Assembly: GCA_050945815.1 (NCBI GenBank)
Contig: JBMNTQ010000001.1
Coordinates: 1-53,261 of the forward strand
DNA length: 53,261 nucleotides
Source of the DNA: Christensenellales bacterium
Lineage (GTDB): Bacteria; Bacillota; Clostridia; Christensenellales; JBMNTQ01
Direction of reading: 5' to 3'
The notes beneath the pieces were generated by a model. That model saw nothing but the letters and a program-made list of their open reading frames with translations, made no database searches and was not told the origin of the DNA. Shown here piece after piece: positions 11,301-26,300 of this stretch; the first letter of the stretch is position 1, and each line of letters begins with the position of its first letter. A program made the translations under genes and the position numbers.

Positions 11301-14300
11301 TAGACAAGGGGCGTTCGAAGAAAACCGGCGGTACGGGGCTGGGGCTTTCGATTGTGAAACACATTACTCAGTTTTACGGCGGAGAGATCCGCTTGAGCGA
11401 CCGGGCGGGCGGAGGTTCGCGCTTTGAGATATGGTTTCCTCTTTATCGGAGTGGGAATGAGGATGAGGAGGCTTTGGTTTAGAGTGGATGGGCGGGGATG
11501 GCTGGCTGGCCGATGGTATCGAGGAGGATGGCTTGGCTAGGCGATGGATCCGATGGGGCGGCTTGCTTTGACAGTGGGCCTGATGGTATTTTGTAAAAGC
11601 ATCGGAGGAAATGCGAGCCGGATGGAAATGAAGCAGACAGTAGACATGGGACGAACAAATAAAGCGCCGGAAGGCGCTTTTTCTATGGGTTTTAAAAGGC
11701 GACGAGGGGGAGGAGGGGCGGCTTGGTGGCCGGGATGGGCGAAAGGCATTGCCGTGAACCATGGGGGCAAAACCTGCTCCATGTTGAGGGCCAGCTAGAC
11801 TAGAGGGGCATGGAAAGAAGAGGCAGGGGGAGAATTTTAAAGCCCGTATTTGAGCTTGATACGCTCTAACTTGGCACCGATAGGCTTTGCCAGGAGCAAG
11901 AGGAAAACGACGTTGGATGCGGCATAGATAGCCATAAAGGGCAGGGATGCGCCGACAACTACGAGATAGCGGTCGAGGGCGAAGGAGGTATCGAAGGATA
12001 GAACCGTCCAGATATCCATCATCAGGGAGAACACTACGCCGGCAAGGGCGCCGTAGATCAGCATCAGCGGACGGCTTTTGAGCAGCGTACGCGCGAGGAT
12101 GCCTGCAAGAAAACCCAGCAGACCCCAGGTGAACATCTGGAACGGCGTCCAGGGGCCTTGGCCGTAGAAAATATTGGACAGCAGAGCGGACAGGGAGCCA
12201 GTGAGAAAGCCGGCCTCTGCACCGAAATAGAGTGCTGTTATGACGACGACGGCGGTGACCGGCTTGAAGCCCGGCAGGGCGGCAAAGACCAGACGGCCGG
12301 CGACCGACAGGGCTATCATGACGGCTATTAGAATCAGCTTGCGGGAATTTTGCGCTTTTTTTTCAAAGGTAAGAAAAAAGGGGATGCAGGCTAGAAAGGC
12401 GATCATCATGGAGAGGACACTATAATTACGGTTGTCCCACAAGAGGATGCCTAGGACGAGGGATAGGGGGATGAGCAGAAGTATGATGCTGTAGCGAAGG
12501 TTACGTTTCATTGGGAGGATGCCTCCTTGTGTGCAGCCGTGCAGGCATCTATGACCTGGCGGCAGGTAATAGCAGAGGGGAACAGATGGCGTGCTATGCG
12601 GTTGGCGGCAGTGGTGTAGAATTGGTTGCCGGAGAAAAAGGCAGTTGGGGTGTCTGATGAGAGGATGCTACGGTCGAACAGCATGGCGCAGCGGCTGGAG
12701 TATTCTGCGGCAAACTCTACATCGTGGGTGACTAACACTGCGCATAGGCCGTCGGCACGCAGTTTGTTCAGGATCTCGCCTAACTGGCGTTTGAAATAGG
12801 CGTCGATGCCTTTGGTGGGCTCGTCCAGCAGCAACACTTTCGGCTGGAGCAGCAGAACTTTGCCTAAGGCGGCTTTTTGCTGTTCGCCGCCGCTTAGATC
12901 GTAAGGGTGGCGGGCGGCGAAAGGGAGCAGCCCTAGAAGGCTGAGGGATTGGTGGATTCTGTATTTTGCTTCTTCTTTGGAGTAGCCCATGACATTGCAG
13001 ATATCTTGATAATCTTCGGTTACGGTGGGCTTGAGGAATACAGTTTGGGGGTTTTGCGGGAGCAGGGCCAGATTATGGCGATATAGCTCATTGCCTTTGT
13101 AGCGTTCGATAGCTTGTCCGTCTATTTGAATCTTGCCTTTGTAGGCTCGTTCTTGAGCGGAGAGTACTTTTAAAAGAGTGGTTTTGCCAGTTCCGTTGCT
13201 GCCCAGAATGCTGAAAAGCTCGCCGGGGTAGGCTTGGACGCTGACATCTTCTAAAATATCCGGCAGGTCTTTTTCGTAGCGGAACCAGACATGTTTCATA
13301 GAAAGGGCGGCCTTTTGCGGCGGCTGCTTTTTGCCGGCGCTGTATGGTGCGGCGCTCTGTGGCGCGACGCTCTGGGGCGCAGCGGAGAAATGGGCGGATA
13401 GAAAATTGCGCCCTTCCCGTACGGTGAGCGGGCAATCGTCTTGGATGTTTAGGCCGGCAAAGATGCGCACCGCACTGGGGAGCCCCGGCAGCATATCGTG
13501 GCCGGCGCCGCTCTGCCGCAATTTCTCGCCGACTTTTCGCGGAGTGTCGAAATGGAGGATGCGGCCGCTGTCCATCACGATGACTTGATCCGCGATGGGA
13601 AACACCTCTTCTAGGCGGTGTTCGACCAGCAAGATGGTCAGCCCCAGATCTTTGTTGATCTTTTGCAGCATGGTGATGAAATCGGCTGCTGCAATTGGGT
13701 CTAGTTGGGAGGTGGGTTCGTCGAGGATGAGTATTTTAGGCGACATGACTAGAATCGATGCCATGTTTAGCAGCTGTTTTTGACCGCCGGACAGGCTGGC
13801 AGTTTCGCTGCGAAACATAGAGTCGATGCCAAAAAAGCAGGACATCTCGCCGACTCGGCGGCGGATGATCTCTGTGGGCAGGCCCATGTTTTCCAGCCCG
13901 AAGGCCAACTCGTGCCAGACTTTATCCGTGATGAGCTGGTTGTCGGGATTTTGCAGGACATAGCCGATGTCGCAGGCGGCGGTACGGTCGGTCAGTTCTT
14001 CTATGGGGGTGTCGTTGTAGAGTATTTGGCCTTGCTTTTCGCCGTGGGGCGCCAGCTCGCGCTTGATGAGCTTTAGAAGGGTGGTTTTGCCGCAGCCGGT
14101 TTTGCCGCACACGACGATAAATTGGCCGGACTGGACGGAAAAGGAAATATCGTCCAGAGTTTTTTGCGTTTGGTTCGGGTAGGTAAAGCTTAGACCTTGG
14201 ATTTTAAGTAGTTCCAATGCAGGTGTTCCTCCAGTTCCAGTAGAAATGGCGCCAACATGAAGATGGCCAGACAACTATATAGAACCACCGCTCCTGTATT

Positions 14301-17300
14301 CGCGGCTACCGGCGTAAGGGCGGGGTAGAATTCGTAGGTAAAAAGGCCTGCCTGCATTCCGATGAGAGTAGCGGCGAAGACCAAAAGGGTTAGGATGATG
14401 AGTACGCCATCCTTTAGCCGGAAGGTGAAAAGGGAAAAATGGCTGCGGTTTTTCAGGCCGTAGCCTCGCGCCCTCATAGAGTCGGAGGTTTCTACGGCGT
14501 TTTCCAAGGACCAGGAGAGCAGCGCGCTGAAGACCCGCAGTTCGCTGAGCAGCCTGTCGACCAGCTTTTTGGAGAGGTAGAGCCCCAAGGTTTTTTGGGC
14601 GGCGCGAATGCGTTTGGATTGGGCTTTCATATCCGGAATAAAGCGCAGGGCCATAGAAAGAACCAAGGAGAGTTTGGGTGCAGCTTTTCCAAATAGGTAT
14701 ATAAATTTGTCGGAAGTCATGATGAGGTAGTAGCACTTGCACCAGAAAAGCACGGCTATTAGCATGGACGCTACGAGGGCGCCGTAGAGAAGGGCTTCTA
14801 GGGTGAATGGATTGTCGTTTACAAGGAAAAGGATGGTTTCGCCGTCGTGGCTGAACAGCGGGTTTGCCAGCGTCATCAGCAGAAACAGGACAAGGTAGAA
14901 GCCTGCGCTTTTGAGTATTTCTTTGGGGCGGCTCATGCTGGCAAAGAAGAAAAAACTGCCCAGGAGAGAGAGAGCTATGATGACCGGATTGCGTGTAAAC
15001 ATGCTGGTCAGCAATACGGCGATATAGTAGGTGAAGAGGGCTGCCGGGTGGAAAGAGGAAAAAACTCGCATGGTGTTGCTTACCTCCGGTCATTGTGGGC
15101 GGCATACTTGCTAGAAGCTGGACAAAGGATACAAAAAATATCGTTTTGCCGGGCTGTGGACAAACCTTACAGCTAAAGGGCGCTTTTTGTTGGCGAAGCG
15201 ACAGCTTGAAACGCGGCAGCGCTAAAGGCGCGAAAACCTCTAATCTGACTGCTGGAAGGGCAGGGCGGTGCCTGCGACTTTGTTATGCCCGCGCGTGTTA
15301 GCCGTGTGTTAGCGGGGGTTTTTGCCGTTGTAGGCCTCAATGAGCTTGTGGGCGATGGTAACGGCGTTTCGGATCAGATCCGGGCAGATGCGCTGGTTGA
15401 TTTCAGGGTGTATCATGCCTTTTTCTTTTTCCATATCATAGCCTAACAATTCGCGGCAGATGATGGTGGAGTGTTTTTCTTTGAATTGGGCAAGGAACTC
15501 CCGGGTAATGTTGGCAATACGGTCTTTTGCTTGTGTGTCTTCCCAATCATCGTAGGGGAAAGCAAGGCCTAAGGCCATGACTGCACCGGTCACGGCACCA
15601 CAGATTTCCGAGGCGCGCATCCCGCCTCCAAAACCGCCGGACACCGCCAGAGAAAGGGACAGGCTTTGGCCTGTATCGTCTGTTAGGGCACCTAGAACCG
15701 ATTGGGCGCAGTTGTAGCCGCCTTCGTGTAGCAGGGTTGCTTTTTCTTCCATGATCACTCCTCCAATCGATGTTTTTTTAGTGAGGTCATTGCAACAAGC
15801 GAGGCTGTGTTGGCCGATGGCTTCTTATAGCCAGCCGCCGCCGACGGCGAGGCAGGCCTTTTCCGCTTGCAACGAAGCGGGGATATCCAAGATACGCTGG
15901 TTGGACGAGCCGTGGAATTTCAGATCCAGGCTGCGCAGCGATTGCAGATAGGGGCCGTCTACTAAAATATCGATCTGCCTGAGCAGGCGCAGTGCCTTTT
16001 CGTCTCGCAGCAATTCTTCGAAGGTATAGCCTGTGTAGACTGCCAGATTCAGGCCGGTTTGCCTGACGCCTATTGCAAAGGGAAGCAGCTCCTCGCTTTG
16101 GCAGAAAGGTTCGCCGCCGCTGATGGTAACGCCTTGAAGCAGGGGGTTGTTGTGGATTTTCTCCAGCAGGCAATCGATGGATTCTCTGTAGCCCCCTTCA
16201 AAAGGCTGGGTTTGGGGGTTGTGGCAGCCTGCACAGCGGCGCGGGCAGCCTTGTACGAACAGCACAAAACGCAGCCCCGGCCCATCGGTGATGGATTCGC
16301 TTACTAGGCCGGACAGGTGAAGCTTAGCTGACATGGTGTTTTAACCGATCTCGTTCTTCGGCTCGTTTGGCATCGTTGAACCGGTCCAGTGTGCCGACGA
16401 GATAGCCTGTAATGCGGCGGATACGCTCGAAGCTGGGGCCGCCGTCTTTCTCGTGGCGGCCGCATTTTGGACAGCAGTCGCCTATGATGCCGTTATAGCC
16501 GCAGACCGGATCGCGGTCTACGGGATGGTTGATAGAACCATAGCCGATGCCTGCGTCGTGCATGGCGCGCACCACCTGCTCGAAGGCCTCAATGTTGTGG
16601 GTGGTGTCGCCGTCCAGTTCGACGTAGGTGATGTGGCCGGCGTTGGTCAGAGCATGGTAGGGCGCTTCGATTTGGATTTTTTCGTAGGCAGAAATCGGGA
16701 AATAGACCGGCACATGGAAGCTGTTGGTGTAGTAGTCGTGGTCTGTCACACCGGGGATGACTCCGTATTTCTTACGATCTATGCGGATGAAGCGGCCGGA
16801 GAGTCCCTCGGCCGGGGTAGCCAGCAGCGTGTAGTTCATTTGGGTTTCTTCGCTTAGGCGATCGAGATAATCGCGCATGAAGCTGACAATTTCAAGGCCA
16901 AGGTTGCGGCTTTCCATGGATTCGCCATGGTGTTTTCCGGTTAGGGCCACCAGCGTTTCTGCAAGACCGATGAAGCCGACAGACAGCGTGCCGTGCTTGA
17001 GGATTTCGCCGATTTCGTCGTCGGCAGAGAGCTCTTTTGAATTCATCCAGATACCCTGCCCCATCAGGAAGGGGAAGTTTTTGACCTTTTTCTTTGCCAG
17101 GATCTTGTAGCGGTCGGTCAGTTGGCGGGTGGTTAGCTGCATCATGCGTTCTAAATCTTCAAAGAAACGATGGATGTTTTTGTTGCTGTCTAGGGCAAGC
17201 CGGGGCAGGTTGATGGAGGTGAAGCTTAGGTTGCCTCGGCCCGGCGCAATTTCATTTTCAGGATCGTGTACGTTGCCCATGACACGGGTGCGGCAACCCA

Positions 17301-20300
17301 TATAGGAAATTTCGGTTTCAGGATGTCCTTTTCGGTAGTATTTGAGGTTGAAGGGTGCATCGATGAAAGAGAAATTCGGGAACAGGCGTTTGGCACTGAC
17401 CCGGCAGGCTAGTTTGAAGAGGGGATAGCTTGGGTCTTCCGGGTTGTAGTTGACCCCTTCCTTGACACGGAATATATGGATGGGGAAGATCGGTGTTTCC
17501 CCAAACCCCATGCCCGCTTCTGTGGCGAGCAGAATATTCTCGATGACCATGCGCCCTTCCGGGGAGGTATCCATGCCGTAGTTGATGGAGCTGAACGGCG
17601 TTTGGGCACCGGCTCGGCTGTGCATGGTGTTGAGGTTGTGTATCAGCGCTTCCATGGCTTGATAGGTGGCTCGTGCTGTTTCTTTCTCCGCAGTTTTGCA
17701 AGCAAATGCCTGGATTTGGTCGAGGTCGGCGTTGTCTGGCAGGTAGTTTAGCAGGTGTTGTTTTTCTGCTTGGAGGTATTCTTCTTGCATGACCAGAGAC
17801 GGGAAAAGCCCGGTTTGGCCGGTGATGGCTGTGGAGAACTCTTTTGTTGCCTCTAGAGTCAGGCTGCAATCGGGGTAGAGGAGCTGGGCCGCTTTAGAGA
17901 GATTGGACCAATACAGCTTTTTGTAGGTTTTGGCAACGCCCGGAGCCAGCCCGTAATCGAAATCGACGATGCTTTGGCCGCCGTGCTGGTCGTTTTGGTT
18001 GGATTGTATGGCGATGCAGGCTAGGGCTGCGTAGCTCTGGATATCGTTGGGCTCGCGCAAAAAGCCGTGGCCTGTGGAAAAGCCATCCTGGAACAGAACT
18101 TTTAGATCGATCTGGCAGCAGGTGGTGGTGAGGGTATAGAAATCGAAATCGTGGATGTGGATATCTCCTTCCCGGTGGGCCTTGCTTTGCTCAGGGGTTA
18201 GGATATATTTAGTATAGTAGTCTTTGGCGCCTTCAGAGCCGTATTTGAGCATGGTGCCCATGGCTGTGTTGCCGTCTACGTTGGCGTTGTCGCGCTTGAT
18301 GTCGCTGTCCAGCGAATCCGCGAAGGTCAGCTCGTCGTAGATGCGCATGAGGCTGGTGTTCATCTCGCGCATACGGGTTCTGTTTTGCCGGTATAGGATA
18401 TATTTCTTTGCTACAAAAGCGTAGCCGTTTTCCATGAGTACGGTTTCCACAACATCTTGTATGTCTTCAACGGTGGGCGGCGTTTGCGTATAGTGTTGTT
18501 CTAAGGCATGCTCGACCTCAAGGGCCAGCTTTTCGCTATCGCCGCTGTCTTTTCGGTTGCAGGCGGACATGGCTCTGGAGATGGCCATGGAGATCTTAGA
18601 AATATCGTAGGACACTTGGCGTCCGTCGCGTTTTTGGATGGTGGTTAACATGATGATTCCTCCTAAATGCTGTTGAATAAAAAAGGCCCGAGAGGGCCGA
18701 TGCAAACATGGATAGGCCCGACGCCTGAAAACAGAGCAGGAAACGCCGGGACAAAAACGCAAAAAAGACCTTCAACCCCAACATAAAAAGCGGCACTGCA
18801 GCATGCCTCTTGGCCGCCCACTATGACTCGAATTCAACTAAATATTGATTCATTTTGATTTTATTATACCATATATAGTTTGTCAATGAATATTTCTCTG
18901 CATTTGTTACTTTCTAAAAACGGAGGAATTGGGGGGTGGAGGATGAAGTTTTTTGTGCGGTGTATTCCAGATTGCATAGGGGGCGGCGGTGTGATAAACT
19001 GAGCAGAGAAAAGGATGTTTTTGTCAGTCATTTCAGCGTTGAATTTTCTTTAAAAAAACCATGATCGGTCAATTGAATGGTAGGGATGAGTCGAGAGGAG
19101 GCGTTTTAATGAGAGAGCGCAAAAGATTCTTAATCTTGATTTGCTTGTTGCTGGTGGTGGCTTTAGGGCTTTTAGCCTGCGGCGCCGGACACAGCGAACC
19201 CGGCGACGCCGAGTGGTATGACAATGGTACGTCTGATGGTGCATCTAGGCCTGAGGACGCGGTGCCGGGGGAGGAGAGCGCGGCGGATACATCCGGGACG
19301 GGGGAATCGGCAGCGCAAGCAGCCAGACAGGCATCGCAGCGCAAAATTGTATTTACGGCCAACTATGAGATCGAGACCACGCAGTTTGACCAAGATTGGG
19401 CCGCTATTCAGGGGCGAATCGCGGAGCTGGGCGGTTATATTGAAAACTCCAGGATGGAAGGCAAGCCGCCGGAGCAGCGGGATGATGGTCGAAGAGTTGC
19501 TATGGTGAGTGCGCGTATTCCTGTGGAGCATTATGAGGACTTTTTGCGGACGGCGGACGCGACTGGGCGTGTTTTGAGCAAGGAGCAGACCGGCGAGGAC
19601 ATTACAACCCAGTATTTTGATACGGATGCCTATGTGAAATCGCTGCGCATACAATTGGAGCGGCTGGAGGCGATTTTAACCGATGCGCAGAAACTCTCGG
19701 ATATAATCGAGCTGGAAATGGAGATTGCCCGGGTGCGCCGTGAAATCGAGACGAACACGACGGTTTTGCAGCAGTATGATAACTTGGTATCATACAGTAC
19801 TGTGCATATCTCGTTGTATGAGGTGGTGGAGCTGGCGGAGATTTTGCCGGCCGACCAGGACCTGGGAACGCGGATTGCCAATGGATTTTATGCTACGATG
19901 AACGGGCTGCTTACTTTCTTTGAAGGATTTTTAGTGGTGTTGATTGCGGCATTGCCGGTGTTGGTTATTTTGGCTGTGATTGCCGCGGTGGTGCTGTTGA
20001 TCGTGCGGGCATGTAGAAAACGGCGGCGGCGCAAGAAGCAGGAGGCCGAGGAAAAGGCCGGCGGCGTTTAATAAAATGGGCTTTACCAGAGCAGGAGCTT
20101 TGGCCGCAGGGCTGCTTTGGCTTTGACGTTAGAACAGGATCTGAAGGCTGGCAACGCCGCCGGCCTTGGCGCAGGGATTTCCTGCTGGAAGCCATTGTCA
20201 AGCAGTGTGCTTTATTGTAGGCTAGAAACAAAAGCAGATGGGCTGGACTGGCGATGGGTGAGAAGAGACTATGGAAAGGATGGATGGAGGATGAGTAAGA

Positions 20301-23300
20301 CGATAGACATCATTGGATTTACCGGCAGCTTGCGAGAAAAATCGTATAATATGGCGGCGCTGCGTGCGGCAAAAGACCTTTTGCCTGAGGACGTATCGCT
20401 GGAGATATTGGATTTGTCGGAGCTGCCTTTCTATAATCAGGACTTGGACCGGGAAGGGCCGGTGGATGTGGTGGTAGCCTTTAAAGAGAGGATCGATAAG
20501 GCTGATGGTATTTTGATTTCCACACCGGAATATAATTATTCATTGCCACCGGTTTTGAAGAACGCTTTAGACTGGGCTTCTCGGGGGTCGTTTCGTCCTT
20601 TGGACGGGAAACCGCTGGCGATTATGAGCGTTTCTCAGGGCTTGTTTGGCGGCGCGCGGGCACAATACCATTTGCGGCAAGTGTGTGTAGGCCTTAATTT
20701 GCAGATATTGAATAAGCCGGAAGTGTTTGTGGCAGGTGCAGGCGGCAAGTTTGACAGCGAGGGAAACTTGACGGATCAGAGCACCGGTAATTTTATCAAG
20801 AGGTTACTGGAAGCGTTGGCAGCGAAGATCCGGGAGAACCGCTTGCTGGAGGAAGCCGCAGCACAGGAATAGCTAAGGCGCTGTGAGGACGGGTTAAGGA
20901 GTGCGATAGCCAAATTATGAAAACGCTGATTGCCTATGCCGGAAAATATGGGAAGACCGCAGAATATGCTGCGCACCTAGCTAACCGGATGGAAGGGGAG
21001 ACTCACCTTTTAGACCTGATGGGGGATAAACCGTATACACCTTCTCAATATGATCGGGTGATTGTGGGGAGCGGCGTGTATTATGGGCGGATTTTGAAGC
21101 AGGCAGCGCATTTTTTGGAGCAGGCTGTGCCGCAGGCCCGGGAAATCGGTATGTTCCTATGTTGCTGTTTTGAGGAAAAGCAGCAGGAATATTGGGCCGG
21201 GAATGTTTCGGAGGAGCTGTTGGAGCGGATTAAAGTTCGCGGCTGTTTTCCCGGGAAAGTTGACCAGCGAAAGATAAAGGGCTTGTCTAAGCTTGTGGTA
21301 AAGCTGGTTGCTAAAAGCTTGGGGACGGCTGGGGATGTAGCGGAGGACGCACAGCAGCGGGCTGAGGAAGCGCTGGATGTTTTTGTGGAAAGCTGGCGGC
21401 TCAAAAACTGATAAAATGAGATAGAAAGAGACTAAACGAGCCTTTGAAGATTTCTTCAAAGGCTCGTTTGTGGATAGGCGTTAAAATTGCGGAGAGGGCC
21501 TTTGAGCCTGTTGCTTCAGAAACGATGCGCAAAGACCTTTTTTTAGAATTTATTCGGTACCATTCCAAATGCGGGCACCTTCCTCAAGCATCCAGGCATG
21601 TTCCGGTTCGTCGATACGGGTTTTGATCCAGGGGTTGCCGTCTAGATGGCGGATGCCCCAGATATAGTACATAGGATAGCCGGGAGCCGCACAATGGGGA
21701 TGGGAGTTTTTCGTAATCACGCCAAGGCCGTTGTGCTCGATTTTGACTACGTCATCGTCAATAAAGCCTACGCCGAACCCCTGGGGTTTGTCGAAGCGGT
21801 AAAAGTAGACTTCCGGTTGGGGATGGAAATGTGGCGGATAGCTGGACCAGCGGCCGGCAAAGTTGATCACTTCGCCCAGCACCATATTGGAATAAGGTGC
21901 GTTGGAATAATCGAATACTGTAATGATGTTGCGGCGCATGGTGCCTTGCAGTTGGCCATCGGTGCCTGCTTGCTGGACATGGATGGCTGCGGGCGGGTAG
22001 AACACCGGATCGAACGCATTGGGGTTGGCGGTTTGTTGGATGTACAGCTCGGAATGGCTGTGAGCCGTGACCGTGCACTCGCTACCCGCGCCAATATGCA
22101 GGCAGGAGGGCAGGTGGTCGTAGGAGTTTGGGCGAGTTGCCTGCTTTGAGTGGTTGGCCCATTGGTATTGGACATCGCCTTCAAACAGCAAAACGGCGAC
22201 TTCCTTGTCGGCTTCGCCAAAGCGGTAGCTTTCACCGGCGTCTAGAACTAAGAGAGCTACGTCCATCATGGCATCGTCAATGCCAGTATCGTACCCGACA
22301 TATTTGTTCAGACCATTTTTGATATCATTTTTCTTTAAATACACGATTACACCCCCTGCATTTTACTTTAGTATATTACTTTTATCATACAGGAAATCTA
22401 CGGCCTTATCAAACGTTTCCGGCAAATAATTGCAGGAAGCCTGGCTGAAGGGGGCAGCATACGTTTTATAGGCTGGATGGTTCTTGCAGTTTGGATCGGA
22501 GGACGGCGCAAGGGTATGTTGCCGGTATGCAATTGCACATGAATAGCTAGGGAGGGGTGGGGAGGAGAAGGCTGTTTCCAAGGCTGATCTGTGCGATAAA
22601 ATGGCTGCTGGGGCCTAGGCTCAGTGGCGGAGTTTTTCTTGCTTGGATAATGGGAGAATGATATAATTTATACTTGTATGGGTGTTGATGGGAGACAGGA
22701 GAGGAGAGCGCCGCAGGATGTTAAAACTGGCGAGATATCTAAAGCCGCACATAGTATGGGTGTTGGCAATCATTACTTTGCTGTTTGTGCAGGTAGTGTG
22801 TGATTTGTCGTTGCCGGACTATATGTCGCAGATTGTGAATGTTGGAATCCAGCAGGGCGGTATGAGGGGCCCTGTTTTTGAGGCGATGGGTGAGGAGACG
22901 TTCAATAAGCTGCTGCTGCTGGCGGGAGACGAGGACGGGAAGACGATTGAGGCGAGCTATCGGCTGTTGGATAGGAGGGTGTTGGAGCAGGATGAATATG
23001 ATGGGTATGTGGAAGCCTATCCGGCTTTGGAGCGGGAGAATGTTTTCATTCTGAATACTCAGGACAGCGCGGAGCAGGATCGGCTGGAGTCGATTTTGGC
23101 CCGCAGCGTCGCTTTGGTGGCCGCTATGGAGGGCTGGTTTCAATCGGGCGATTTGGCGGATACGGATCTTTCTTCGACTGAGGAATGGCAGCTGCCTGAG
23201 GGGGTGGACGGGTTTGATGCGATAGCCATGCTCAAGCAATCCGCGCCCCAGCAATATGAGACTCTGATTCGGGAGATTCATGGCAAATTGGACGGCGTGC

Positions 23301-26300
23301 AGGATAGCCTTTTAAACCAGGCGGCCACGGGCTATGTCAAAATGCAATATGAGGCGCTGGGCATAGATGTTGCCGGGATTCAGCGCAGCTATATGCTGAA
23401 TGTGGGCTTGGCTATGCTGGGGGTGACCTTGCTGGGCGCTGCCTGTACGATTGGCGTGGGCTTTCTAGCGGCCCGGGTATCTGCTGTTTTTGCGATGCAA
23501 GTGCGGCGGGATGTGTTTGCGAATACGGGGCGTTTTTCAGGATATGAATATGATAGGTTTTCCACCGCTTCTCTGATTACGCGTACTACCAATGACGTAA
23601 CGCAGGTTCAGATGTTTTTGGTGATTTTTCTTCGTATGATTTGCTATGCGCCGATTATGGGGGTGGGCGGCGTAATAATGGCTGTACGCAAAAGCCCGCA
23701 GATGTCTTGGACGATTGGGCTGGCTGTGGGCTGTTTGATTCTGTTGGTGGTTTTAATTTTCTCTATAGCTCTTCCCAAATTTAAGCGAATTCAGACTTTG
23801 GTGGATAAGCTAAATCTGGTGGTGCGGGAAAACCTTACCGGTATGATGGTTATCCGGGCGTTTAACACCCAGAAGTTTGAGGAGGGGCGATTTGACGGCG
23901 TGAATCAGGAGCTGACCGATACGACGCTTTCGGTGAGCAGGCTGATGGCGCTTGTTTTTCCGGTGATGATGCTGATCATGAATGCGGCATCGCTGCTGAT
24001 TGTGTGGGCGGGCGCCCAGCAGATTCAGGCCAGCAACTTGCAGGTGGGGGATATGATGGCGTTTATTCAATACGCCATGCAGATATTGATGTCGTTTTTG
24101 ATGCTGTCGCTAGTCTTTATTATGTGGCCCAGGGCCAGCGTATCGGCATCGCGCATTGATGAAGTGTTGAAGACTGTGCCGAAGGTTCAGGATCCGACTC
24201 ATGCCGTGTCCTTTGATAAGGGGGTGCGGGGCAGCTTGGAATTTAGAGACGTTACGTTCTATTTTCCCCATGCCGACGACCCGGCACTGAAGAACATCAG
24301 CTTTACGGCAAAGAGCGGGCAGACTACGGCGATTATTGGCTCTACCGGTAGTGGGAAGAGCGCGATTTTGAAGTTGATTACCCGTTTCTATGATGTGAGT
24401 GACGGGGCGATTTTGGTGAATGGCGTGGATATACGCAAAGTGACTTTGAAGGATTTGCGGGATAAGGTGGGGTATGTGCCGCAAAAATCTGTGCTTTTTT
24501 CCGGGACGGTGGAGAGCAACCTCAAGTACGGGCAGGAGACGGCGACACGACAGGTGGTGGAGAGCGCTGCGAATGTGGCGCAGGCCGCTGAATTTGTGGG
24601 CCAGATGCCTGTGGGCTATGAATCTGATATTGCGCAGGGAGGGGCGAATGTTTCCGGCGGCCAGAAACAGAGATTGTCTATTGCAAGGGCGCTGGTCAAG
24701 CGGCCGGAAATCTACCTTTTTGACGACAGCTTTTCTGCACTGGACTATAAAACCGACGCATTGGTGCGGCTAGGGCTTGCGGGCTGTACTCGAAACAGCG
24801 TGTTGGTGATTGTGGCGCAGCGTATCAACACCATCCGCAATGCGGAGCAGATTTTAGTGTTGGATAATGGGGAGATTGTGGGCCGGGGAACCCATGACGA
24901 GCTGATGGGCAGCTGTAAGGTCTATCAGGAGATTGCAGCTTCCCAGTTCGTGGAGGAGGTGTGGATGGATGAGCAATAGGGCAGGGAAACGCCGATTTGG
25001 GCCGGGCGGCGGCCCTTCTGGAGCCGGCGCTCCGGCAGAGAAGCCTAAGGATTTTAAACGGACGATGGGCAAGTTGCTAAGCTATTTGAAGGCGTATCGC
25101 GTTGCTTTGATTGTGGTGTTGGTTTTTGCTGTGGCTAGCACGGCTTTTAGCATCATCGGGCCTAAAATACTGGGGAATGTGACGACGGATATTTTTACGG
25201 GAATTGTAGGGCAGCTATCCGGCGGCGGCAGCGGCATAGACTTTGGATCGGTTGGCAGCGCTTTGCTGCTCTTGCTGGGGCTTTATTTGCTCAGTGCGCT
25301 TTTTTCCTATATTCAGGGCTTTATTATGAGCGGTGTTTCTATGAAGGTGACGTATCGTTTTCGGCGGGATATTTCAGAAAAGATCAATAGGATGGGGCTT
25401 GGATATTTTGAATCTAAAACCCATGGAGAAGTGTTGTCGCGGGTGACCAACGATGTGGATACTGTGAGCCAGACTCTAAACCAGAGCATGAGCCAGATTG
25501 TCAGTTCGGCTACTATGGTAGTGGGCGTTTTGATTATGATGTTTTCCATCAGCTGGTTGTTGACCCTGGTGGCGTTGCTAATCATACCTCTTTCGTTTGT
25601 GGTGATTATGCTGGTGGTTAGACGTTCGCAAAAATATTTCCAGCAGCAACAGGCGGTGTTGGGGCAGATTAACGGGCATGTGGAGGAGGTATATGCCGGC
25701 AATGAGGTGGTGCGTGCGTTCAATGGGGAGGAGAAGGAACTGGAAAGGTTTGAGCAGCTGAACGGACGCCTGTATGATACTGCGTGGCGTTCACAGTTTC
25801 TGTCCGGCTTGATGATGCCTGTGATGAACATCATCGGCAACATCGGCTATGTGGCGGTGTGTATTTTAGGCGGGGCTTTGGCGGTGGGCGGCAGTATACA
25901 GGTGGGCGATATTCAGGCTTTTGTGCAGTATGTGCGCAGCTTTAACCAGCCCATCGCTCAAATCGCTAATGTTTCAAATATTATGCAGTCGACTGCGGCG
26001 GCGGCGGAGCGGGTCTTTGAGTTTTTAGAGGAGAGCGAGGAGACTAGTGACGAGGATGCGCCGGGCTGTTTGGATACGGTGGAGGGGCATGTGGAATTTC
26101 GCCACGTTTCCTTTGGCTATACCGCGGATAAGATCGTGATAAAGGATTTTTCGGCAGATATCTGCAAGGGGCAGCGAATTGCCATTGTGGGGCCGACCGG
26201 AGCCGGGAAGACCACCATTGTCAAGCTGTTGATGCGCTTTTATGATGTGAACAGCGGTGCGGTTTTGCTGGACGGCAGGGATATTCGGGATTTGAGCAGA